Of a stretch of 55,271 bases of DNA, positions 35,201 to 40,352 are shown one piece after another. The position numbers and the translations under genes were made by a program. Position 1 is the first letter of the stretch. Every line of letters begins with the position of its first letter. The stretch covers positions 1 through 55,271 of the forward strand of contig JANTFG010000001.1 in the NCBI GenBank assembly GCA_024763555.1. The letters are read 5' to 3'. The notes beneath the pieces were generated by a model, which did not search any database, was not told the origin of the DNA, and worked only from the letters and a program-made list of their open reading frames with translations. The DNA comes from Thermoanaerobaculales bacterium (GTDB lineage: Bacteria; Acidobacteriota; Thermoanaerobaculia; Thermoanaerobaculales; Sulfomarinibacteraceae).

Positions 35201-38200
35201 CGGGGAAATCAGCCTGACGTGGGCCGCTCCGACGCCACCTCCCGACAACCCGGAAAGTTATCGTCTCTATCGGGCGACCGGGATCGGGGAGTTTTCACTC
35301 TTAGTCCAGGTTCCTGCGGATCGTCTTGAATGGCTGGACACCGGACTTGAGGAAGGTCTGACCTATCGGTACCGTGCCACGAGCCTCGCCTGGATTGATG
35401 GTGTACTCGTGGAAAGTGATGCTTCTGCCGAGGCATCCGCCGTTGTTGAATGCTCCACTGTGCCTCCACCGGTACTCTTGGTACCGACGGTAGCCGGTGA
35501 GCCGATTGACTGGCCTTCGGACTCAGCCGACATCGGTGGGCGGGCATGGCCCGGTTCGGATGTCACGCTTCTTCAGGACGGTTCCCCTGTCGCTTTTGTG
35601 TCGATTGATCAGAACCTTCCCGACGAAACTCATCCACTTCCGGGCTATGGGGATTCCGGTCCGATTCTGGCGCTCAGCCAGGACGGTCGGGTGGCCGCAT
35701 ATTCTGTGTATGACGGCGACAGCAAACTGATGATTCGGGATCTGGAGAGTGGGAAGACCACGACGATTGTCAGACCTGATCCGGGCTTCATCGATGTGGC
35801 TGCGGACGGTCATACTGTTGCTTTCATCGACCGTGTGTCCGGTCAAGAAGACGTCTTCGTTGCCGACGTGGCAACCGGTGAGGTCAGCCGTTTGACCGAC
35901 GACGGAGAGAGCAAAGAAGGCCTTGCCTACTCGCCCGATGGTGGTTGGGTCGCCTACATAGAGCGCGGTTCTCAGCGGCGTCTCCTACTCGTGGAGACGG
36001 CGACGGGTTCGGTCAGAGAAATCTACTCGACCAACTCTTGGAATGACCTTGGTTGGCCGGTCTTCAGCCCGGATGGGGATCTGTTGGCCGTCAAAGGTGA
36101 CTGGCAGATCATTGTCTTCGACCTTTCGACTGGCGAAAACCAATATATCTGGACCGATTGGAGTGCGGCCATGACCCGCCAACCGTTCTCCGCGGATGGT
36201 CGGTATCTCTGTTGGACGGAATATCCGAATTCTATCCCGGAGACGGCGATCATTAAGGTCTACGATCTGATCGAAGATGCTTCTATCGATATTCTCTCTG
36301 GCCAAGAGGGTGTGTTTGCCGGCGCTTTCGTCGATCAGAACACACTGGCATTTCTCAGGTTCCTGCCCACCAAAGCGGGCAGCATCAACGGTGGCGACGT
36401 CGAGGTAGTCTACTTGTCGTTGCTGGACGGTTCAGAAGATGTTTTGACCGCGAGGGTTGCTCTGGATGCCCTTGCCGGAACCGGATTAGACGGCGAATGG
36501 AGCCTGATCGCGACCGCCGATGGGTCGCTATGGATTCCGCAACAAGAAGAGACTCTCATGCTATTCCGGCCGACCGGGCTCTTCACCGTGGCGGAGGTTC
36601 CACTGCATCCGGGCGCCAACGAGTTCATCGCGCGCCAACTCTTCGACGGCATATCGATGGACTCCACGTCAATCGAAATCAACGTGGCGCCGGACCTCTT
36701 CGGTGACGCCGATGTTCTGGCCGTCGGGGCGACGCCGGCATTCCCCTTGACCGGGGACTCGGTTCTGATCGACGGCGTCGTTCAGAATGTCGGAAATGCT
36801 TCGATGAATCATCTCGTCGTGACCCTCAATCGAGTCGATAAGAACGGTCTCTCTCATTCGGTTGAAGTCGATATCGTGGATCTGGCGCCAGGCGCCTACC
36901 ATAGGGTTCGCTCAACCTGGGATACAACCGGGTTGACGGGCGACAATACCTGGATCCTGTCAGCCGATCCGATCGACGCCATTCCAGAACTCGACGAAGA
37001 GAACAACAGCGCTTCAGTCCTGGTTCCCCTCCGAGAGGATCTCGGACTCGAGGCGTCTATTTCGACGCCTCAGGCTGAATATCAGCTCGGCGGACTTGTT
37101 GGGTTCGAGATCACTGTTTCAGCCAACGGAGGGCCCCAAGAAACCCGGGTCGTGACTCAGGTGGAAACCGCGAACGGTGACTTGGTGGCAGTCCTCGATG
37201 ATCGGACCTTGAATGACTTTGGTCATTCGACCGAGACCTGGGGCCTCTCGTGGCCCTCGGACCAGGTCTATCCCGGTGATTACAGGGCGCGCGTGATCGT
37301 CACAGCCGCCGACGGCGACAACGCCGAAGCGGATGTGGACTTCTCGTTGTTCGTCCTTACCGAGGTTGAGGCCGCAGGCTCGGCCGATCGAGCCTCGTAT
37401 CACCGTGGCGATCGGGCAATATTCGAGGCTGAGGTGCGCAATACCGGCCAGGCATTGGTCTCAGGCGCCGTCGTTGAAATGGCTGTTGAGCCGCTTGGCG
37501 GGGGTAGCACGATCGCTGTCGAGACACGAGATCTCGTGACCCTGCCCGGGGGCGCCGATACGGTGTTGTCCTGGAGTTGGGACACTGTTGGAGCACCCTT
37601 GGGTGCACTTCAATTCGTGAATCGGGTCCTCGCCGAAGATGGAGACATCCTGGCCGTTTCGGCGCCCTATCCCTTCGTCATTGAGAGTGTTGGAGCGGCA
37701 TTGAGTGGTTCTGTCTTCGCAGATCCCGGCCGCTTAGAACCAGGTGAAACCATGTCGATCACCGGGGAGGTTGCCAACCTTGGGGATCAAGGTCTCTTCG
37801 CACTCGAAGTTGCGGCCGAGATTATTGATCTCGAAAATGGTCTTGTCATCGACCGGTTGACCGATATCGTCGACCTGGGAGTCGGTGGGACAGCGTCGTT
37901 GTCGTGGGCCTATACCCCGACGATGACGCGGCTGGATTCTTATGTCGTTCTCTTGTCGGCAAACCGGCAGGATGTCACGCCTCCAAGGATTGAGCCGCTG
38001 GCATCGGCGACCTTTACCCTTGTGGACCTGACGCCACCGGATCTTGTCTTGCTGGATCCGGATGCAGGGCCGGTCTGCGATATCGTCGATATTCGTGCCC
38101 GGGCGACGGATGCTTTGACCAGCGTCGTTCGAGTGACCTATCTCCTCGATGAGCGTACGCCCGCTGTGGCTCTGGATCTGGAGTCGCTGGAAGACACCGT

Positions 38201-40352
38201 CTTTGCTTCGAGGTGGTATGTGCAGCCGGGACAGACCGGGTTGCATACGATCTCGGTCTTTGCCGAGGACGAGGCAGGCAATGTTGCCGGCCCGGTCTCG
38301 GTCGAAGTCTCCGTCATCGACGACTTGACCCCACCTGAACTCAATATCGTTGGGCCGGTGGACGGCAGTTGCGTTCCCGGTCCGGCAACCGTGGTCTTCG
38401 ATGCAATCGACGACAATCTCGAGAGCGTCATGGCGACCCTGGATGGTGAAGCCTACAACTCGGGCGATCCTATTCCCGATGGTCCCCACATGGTTGTGGT
38501 GAGCGCTGTTGACGTCTGCGGGCACGAAGTACAGGATCTGCGGACCTTCCTCGTCGATTCACTGGCGCCGGAGATCGTGGTCACAGGTGTCGAAGATGGC
38601 GTGACCTATCTTCCGCCCCTGGACATTAACTGGAATATTACGGACACCAATCTGGAAATCTACTCGTCCACGTTGAATGGGACACCCGTGCTAAGTCCCC
38701 TGATTGTCGATCAGGAGGGGAGCTACGTCCTGGAGGTCAGCGCTACGGATTGCGCCGGCAATCAAAGCTCAGTGGTAATTGGATTCGGAATCGGGTCCGG
38801 CGCCGTCACCCTGGTATCCGACCTCGATGTCCAACCGTTTTCTGTCGAACCTCCCCTGGAGGTCGTCGCGGCAGGGACCGTTGCCAACGCGGGAGAGTCG
38901 GATCTGCAACAGGTGACGATCGGGCTTCGCCTGGTTGATCCCTCGACGGGAGAAACCGTGGACATCAGGACGCGGGAGGATGATATCGATGTCGGGGCTT
39001 CGGTAGAGGTCCGCGAGGCATTCGATACATCCGGTCTCAGCCGACAGCTCTATCGGATTCGGCTTGAGGCTTCCGGAACGTCCGGCGGTGGGGCCTTCAA
39101 TCAAGTTCTGGCGACCCGGGACTTCGAAGTGGTTGATTTGACGCCACCAGAGGTCACGGTGAATTCACCTGCAACGGGCCCGGCCTGCGATCCGGTTCCC
39201 GTCCGACTTGAGGTCCTGGACAGCTTCAGCGGCGTGGATTCCGTTTGGGCCAGAATCGACGGTAATCCCGATCTTCTCGAACTCGACTTCCTGCCGGGAG
39301 ATCCGGATCCCGGGAATCTCTGGGGGACGGACCTCGTCTTCGGACCAAATGCGGGAGGCATTCACCAGCTGGAGTTTCTTGCCGGTGATATTGCGACAAA
39401 TGTCTCGTCACCGATCGGAGTCGAGGTTGACGTCGATGTTGAACCACCGGTTCTGAATCTTGACGCTCCGGTCGACGGAGCATGTCTCAGAGATCCGGTA
39501 ACCATCACCTTCGATGCGGTTGATTCCAATCTGGCGCTGCTTGAGGCGGTACTCAACGGGAATGTGATGACCTCCGGGTTCGTTGTGAGCCAAGACGGTT
39601 CATACGAGCTCATTGTGACCGCTCAGGATGCCTGTGGCCTCGAAACTGCTTCCCAGACGACCTTCATCATCGACAGCGCGGCGCCGGTGATTACCGTTAC
39701 CGGGGTCGCCGATGGAGGCGTTTTCGACAGCGGCGTGATCGCCGACTGGTTTGCCGAGGACGCCAATCTGTCGGAGATGACCGCAACACTTGACGGGGCT
39801 CTGGTAACGCCGCCCTTGACCATCGACGAGGAAGGACAATATACCCTGGCCGTGTCGGCATCGGACTGTGCAGGGAATTCAGCCGACCAAACCCTGATCT
39901 TTGCCGTCGAGGGGCAGGCGCCTCTGGAGCTGTCCGGAAGTGTCACACTCGGGGCCGCCATCGTCGATCTTGGAGATACCTTGGAGATTTCAGCCGAGGT
40001 ATTCAACGACGGTGGCGCAGCGGTCAACGGCGTTTTGGCCCAGGTCAGGGTGGTCAAAATGTCGACCGGCCATCAGGTCGGCGGCGCGGAGGCTGGAATG
40101 GACCTTGGAGTTGGGATGAGCGACACACTGGTCGACTTCTTCGACACCGCCTCGCTTTCCGGTGGAATGTACCGAGTTGAACTGTGGGTTTCCGGCGACT
40201 ACGCCGGAGAACCCTATGAAGAGCTTCTGGATCAGAAGCAGTTTGAACTCCTGGCGCCGGCGCCGATCCCCGACCTCGGGACATTCGGACGCCTGCTCCT
40301 GTTGCTGCTGCTGATTGGGGCCGCCTCTGCCGTATTGCGGAGGGTCGCATGA
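23289..40352 (+). CDS. Giant (5,687 aa) secreted multidomain protein with an HExxH zincin head, many adhesion-type modules and a C-terminal sorting-signal-like tail
   Basis: The reading frame is uninterrupted for 17 kb. The start is GTG with signal peptide MRRVFLPLLVFALVVTPGSLAWA. NHEVGHQW lies at aa 172-179. Repeats QNPDGGWGW / DHRADGGFGE / QQPNGSWSS mark the alpha/alpha-toroid (prenyltransferase-like) region. CARDB-like units occur with EDNNEA / SNNRA motifs. FSPNGDAVKDTTTIFY / FSPNSDGILDTTEITF mark the four FlgD-Ig-like modules. FN3-like Y(N/R)(V/L)YRDG motifs occur about five times. SPDGGWVAYIE-type propeller blades (TolB-like) and a discoidin-like module are also present. The tail is PIPDLGTFGRLLLLLLLIGAASAVLRRVA. 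Confidence 0.9.
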   Translation: MRRVFLPLLVFALVVTPGSLAWAAGDSCVVSPEELARSYSNHPEKVTQSGLGSWIDGIYVLPYTYPGTYDKIVGGSLNSAPRRWVSQSFFEDSPDAYDFVVIVTNFEWDATAGVAGFHIGVANEVRGIGLEVFDQSQLWGSENLQGYIDIRWLSAYIREDGSLDSEFLNALLNHEVGHQWLARAQFLDGGTPSDALLGVDGVHWSYLLDSEASYMYGSEWTDNGDGIFTATKIRDRYSHLDLYLMGMLAPEEVPDFTLLVNPSIPSDGYPGLGDTIEATPRSISVFDVIGAEGPRIPDWRQAQHEFRVGMIYLVDPTIPVMSEDIERLNDIRASWEESFFRQTRGRGVVDVAEPSDMPVGGSSVDLTEAVNWLVSIGAGGVWRDSPTTWVRETAEAIAALDRIGGHGDIVINGLENLENETPVATELVARRLLALTRQTGADLSTPVETLAAKMKASGGWPAFPRYLPDFITTARAVRALDAAGAVDIASEGWSWLASLQNPDGGWGWQEGLGSTTLATEEVLLAAQRLFPDDYWNLPAVQTAVAWLLDHRADGGFGEPFPNTEATAQFLLLSEGQAINQVITQEAVDFLKVRQQPNGSWSSSAHSTALAINALASYALPDPFVDEARVFADPEQPFDDEEIELLVEIRNLGLPLEAGTPFQWEARLADNPQVLVWLESGELPAVDDIGFVTLGTTISPNLPEGVYEIRFVIDPNREVPQRERSNDVGTVRLEVRSHPDGVDLQLTDADLSLDPTDISSIPQPLTVNGMIHNLGLSDATAVVLRVFDGDPADGVVLGETTVAVPALGLSAFSVPAVVTEARSMTITIVADPDRLTDDSFRFNNTASRVLPLLHRIDLEVLPGSLNATPPTIVVGEDQMLEAVIRNAGTVAVSDFHVIFSYEWGTPAALFPIEDLIVTETLAPGETIMVSVDWSPNVGGDPLPIQVDVDPNGDTGDTDLSNNRARLNLTVPPSDLPNLVIGPESFILTPDPPLQGALCQIGVVIANPTINAAGPFEAQLWLDAVGTGILLGSESFAGIGAGSTVQMNLVWDVVEPEDRLLYAVVDVDGVVVEFREDDNEAFIEPDVQTLPDLVVTGGGISFLPSFPKVGDVVHFEVLLGNQGDQASSATLLQLVSTQDSVIDSTAVPAMEGHTEMTLGLDWETGTFMGDAALTVRVDSSETVIELFEDNNEAGVTVGVQDADIFLSNQIFSPNGDAVKDTTTIFYRAGGEVEIQTVEGRLVRNLVPENGEEYIVWDGLSNRGNPAPDGLYTVTAGETSSWVVVDTNHYAITNELEQRLLVGFLQPRVPGQDRPCSWNPDCNLERSWFTSMTGSPVSEEIYLVERYHAEGTAFDEDTYSLWMFAADQMVELGELPENLSLFGVDASGSRFVVSGGEPYRLLRVPEMTLEDITSQGGWGSSPWISPDGLWLLWVSRNDDTVYLDSLDNSGETYSFNPEGVDDGSICGYSVFWTPRGEAVVSLKTWNNSGYFYRISTTTEPPSASSIQAQGWNGSCGGGGIPSTIEDVQAGDPDLNAKSEVGGDGEILESGLDFDQDTLTWLTLEGGGYGGYGGYGEAGGYGGYGGSELSASIFALEDGAAGESGSSNLGWSEWSDVYYSLSNDGDMYTVSWSEGYKSEGSAQPAGGSDLSGGAYIWLDSAQETGRDPKAWSPVDQYLTNWRTEEVRGLPLRMDDTLWTPPDTYIVGNLNTAQQYYGDQLPYFTPAANLKMRVKPRVLFGDGGVDLWLLATDRYLESFLLEYSDLDVDPDVYFPIGLPSNEALYNERWGTWLPPGNGRYRVRLTGTDRAGNQRSDSRRVTWNGDNDIANLYTESRYLSPRSSIGIKDTLIFHYTVLRPANLVFFIVDSDGETVKEINVAADEIGQKTTTWDGTDSFGNPVTDGEYLLAYGEASWPVIVDNAAPSATLRIEATGYARETREVVDEYGQPILDADGNPTCVSSSKDEYLNEVFGAVDDSNLMDWEYQVLVDEAEDLWQTLALGTEPVGAGSEVLRGRYAADWFVNRRIRYIAHDLAGNETITEASYRNEMLVFTDSEPSCRRALHPCLYPDRPELENLMDGGGLFESAAPLILNPFYDTLLVQDSVWTESLDLRLEYREASLAGVPAGPWIEGTIDVAPDPVGRGFETLGWPFDLECPDTERVPNAGLTVLYWDHPTLPQMPVEVRLSATNDDGQEIVSPTRLFYPEMPLTLQHIDVDSRGDILLLTNVSDGVVRNPVLQIRRIELTSNGIIIRWETLMSIVDRLGPGEIAEFSTGCLLVEESEEILRAAGTGGFGGEALSTLAQVPFREGYSTLGSAFGFVSGSCPSGSGSGSGLFDNSCGDGPWVQGWVNNGTSAVAQGHVALDPVGVSFLSYELLVDGQPFLSVPGPLQSADFTDELDLSRLSEGQHAVTERYTYPGEAGLLGQCERSFPLTIDRLPPVLGITEPYDGALICPDDATMAVTLADQDATPGRLQKVFLDGGLRKSSGVGCPGFNGGDGATYTIDGLYQLQPGWHEIGAQSIDRAGFASCATPINVYVPDLPHIVATQLPWFGYPRHKSVFSPLNTMDRALVETIDFTTNTPGTWSVSIERAGVVYQSTSGELSAPDELVEIIWDGTDPSGALAENGFYFAHITARSPCGAEDTARVNFELDATPPTLVVNEPLSGLEAGAVVEVIGEVWDSQGNFQHAAVEIMYLDGGLGEWEVVDGLDREIKGEPGVIGTWSPRTREAGNYLLRVRAWDLPGNVTISPSIDILVPEVDPLIEFVDREPGLFSPNSDGILDTTEITFGLFQEAVVTLQIVDPDAGVVRTLIDQQTLPVDTLLSTQVWSGEGDSGVTVPDGQYHVVVSAGDPAIPPVIPPEQERLTVVVDTIPPVIELTSPAEGALVPLPLELIGSQVEIHPELWTLTLTGPEVDGLVIATGSGAYDSRILTIIEDGDVVDGDYVLVFDAIDAAGNQASLVRRFTIDNTLPVAEILLPEVGTVVNTLNEPLSLHGEVFDEHLRDWTWAYAPGLTPDFSDFDFFRSGTPTEVGGAVDLFAWDASNLPDGDYTLRFSGTDVLNQEGEARSPFIVDNTPPEVAITQPAPGAVIADPLEILGSVADERLKNWTLSLIPGQDIPMQVGSAPANGVLTEWILLPPDGAYTLLLEAEDMAGNRSEVSVDVQIQVMPPSPPVIVSADVTDRTDVALAWVPGPGPEPEAYNVYRDGVLITPVAIDETNWLDASLGTGTYVYTVRALSQAGVETEDSNPAEVEIDLRPPLANIVLPVDGARVADLVSIFGTASRDTAFGGWRLWATFMPSGAPVLLGGGSAPVVTDLLTVWDTSQPAWVEGPYELRLEAWDIFGNTAVDVINVEVDNTPPTVPVLTVAFSQALDPDMTVDDIHVEWTLTPTPPDLAGFYLYRNGQLANAPGPVLGSPAPFLITETNYDDRDLPDGTYIYFVTAADTAENESGASNESDPIVIDTRRPHAVITDPADGSEFEHSTPVTAECEDLDVESVVFEYMPEGGSVWTPIGSPLTSPSPWTIDFEPGASGLYHIRAVASDALGADPAPESVALTETDLPPERPEDLSLAIDGGDIHLEWSPVADPFGDLAGYRVYRDGTLLTPTLLPTDQLEFDDPGLTDAYYNYRVAAVDDADHEGPQASVGGWVRTPQFDWVFPVTPANTMVLEARSDTYFNQVEFERLADVGDWEQMASLPFDGPLVAYPSASPAYGFNIYRMRGSDQDGNRSHWSTPLIIVRHDPPIEPTNVGATAAGNDVQVDWDASVDPDLSGYLVGRDGALISDSPTAFPYNAGTQQLIASGGALADWEMVVDGNDATAWYPDAETAGAGPSWQWTWNDSVALETVRVAWMGGAYARRFSVEVEIDGHWLWWYYAENNWSTETLVDLGIEATGVRLSVPPGTYCSSCALAEITLAGVDHLQTNQYTDPDLPGQAYEYGVRNLNRWGQESPEASVSVQIGGTALAPPENLQASPASCGEISLTWAAPTPPPDNPESYRLYRATGIGEFSLLVQVPADRLEWLDTGLEEGLTYRYRATSLAWIDGVLVESDASAEASAVVECSTVPPPVLLVPTVAGEPIDWPSDSADIGGRAWPGSDVTLLQDGSPVAFVSIDQNLPDETHPLPGYGDSGPILALSQDGRVAAYSVYDGDSKLMIRDLESGKTTTIVRPDPGFIDVAADGHTVAFIDRVSGQEDVFVADVATGEVSRLTDDGESKEGLAYSPDGGWVAYIERGSQRRLLLVETATGSVREIYSTNSWNDLGWPVFSPDGDLLAVKGDWQIIVFDLSTGENQYIWTDWSAAMTRQPFSADGRYLCWTEYPNSIPETAIIKVYDLIEDASIDILSGQEGVFAGAFVDQNTLAFLRFLPTKAGSINGGDVEVVYLSLLDGSEDVLTARVALDALAGTGLDGEWSLIATADGSLWIPQQEETLMLFRPTGLFTVAEVPLHPGANEFIARQLFDGISMDSTSIEINVAPDLFGDADVLAVGATPAFPLTGDSVLIDGVVQNVGNASMNHLVVTLNRVDKNGLSHSVEVDIVDLAPGAYHRVRSTWDTTGLTGDNTWILSADPIDAIPELDEENNSASVLVPLREDLGLEASISTPQAEYQLGGLVGFEITVSANGGPQETRVVTQVETANGDLVAVLDDRTLNDFGHSTETWGLSWPSDQVYPGDYRARVIVTAADGDNAEADVDFSLFVLTEVEAAGSADRASYHRGDRAIFEAEVRNTGQALVSGAVVEMAVEPLGGGSTIAVETRDLVTLPGGADTVLSWSWDTVGAPLGALQFVNRVLAEDGDILAVSAPYPFVIESVGAALSGSVFADPGRLEPGETMSITGEVANLGDQGLFALEVAAEIIDLENGLVIDRLTDIVDLGVGGTASLSWAYTPTMTRLDSYVVLLSANRQDVTPPRIEPLASATFTLVDLTPPDLVLLDPDAGPVCDIVDIRARATDALTSVVRVTYLLDERTPAVALDLESLEDTVFASRWYVQPGQTGLHTISVFAEDEAGNVAGPVSVEVSVIDDLTPPELNIVGPVDGSCVPGPATVVFDAIDDNLESVMATLDGEAYNSGDPIPDGPHMVVVSAVDVCGHEVQDLRTFLVDSLAPEIVVTGVEDGVTYLPPLDINWNITDTNLEIYSSTLNGTPVLSPLIVDQEGSYVLEVSATDCAGNQSSVVIGFGIGSGAVTLVSDLDVQPFSVEPPLEVVAAGTVANAGESDLQQVTIGLRLVDPSTGETVDIRTREDDIDVGASVEVREAFDTSGLSRQLYRIRLEASGTSGGGAFNQVLATRDFEVVDLTPPEVTVNSPATGPACDPVPVRLEVLDSFSGVDSVWARIDGNPDLLELDFLPGDPDPGNLWGTDLVFGPNAGGIHQLEFLAGDIATNVSSPIGVEVDVDVEPPVLNLDAPVDGACLRDPVTITFDAVDSNLALLEAVLNGNVMTSGFVVSQDGSYELIVTAQDACGLETASQTTFIIDSAAPVITVTGVADGGVFDSGVIADWFAEDANLSEMTATLDGALVTPPLTIDEEGQYTLAVSASDCAGNSADQTLIFAVEGQAPLELSGSVTLGAAIVDLGDTLEISAEVFNDGGAAVNGVLAQVRVVKMSTGHQVGGAEAGMDLGVGMSDTLVDFFDTASLSGGMYRVELWVSGDYAGEPYEELLDQKQFELLAPAPIPDLGTFGRLLLLLLLIGAASAVLRRVA
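23808..23822 (+). other. HExxH zinc-binding motif (HEVGH, aa 174-178) of the giant protein
   Basis: The codons cat gag gtc ggc cat are in frame. The context is LLNHEVGHQWLARAQ..DGVHWSYLLDSEASYMYGSEW..SHLDLYLMGML. Confidence 0.7.
38022..40250 (+). repeat. Tandem duplication of an about 370-aa super-module ([3 Ig-like units + 1 CARDB-like unit] x2) at the C-terminal end of the giant protein
   Basis: Copy 1 starts VDLTPPDLVLLDPDAGPVCD (38022) and copy 2 starts VDLTPPEVTVNSPATGPACD (39132). They are collinear throughout. Matching pairs include DDLTPPELNIVGPVDGSCV / VEPPVLNLDAPVDGACL, DSLAPEIVVTGVEDG / DSAAPVITVTGVADG and SATDCAGNQSS / SASDCAGNSAD. Confidence 0.85.
40254..40349 (+). other. C-terminal sorting-signal-like tail (IPTL-CTERM-like: motif + hydrophobic helix + basic end)
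   Basis: APAPIPDLGTFGRLLLLLLLIGAASAVLRRVA is compared with the I-P-T-L-x-x-W-G / hydrophobic / Arg-rich layout of IPTL-CTERM (recalled from TIGRFAMs descriptions). Confidence 0.5.
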
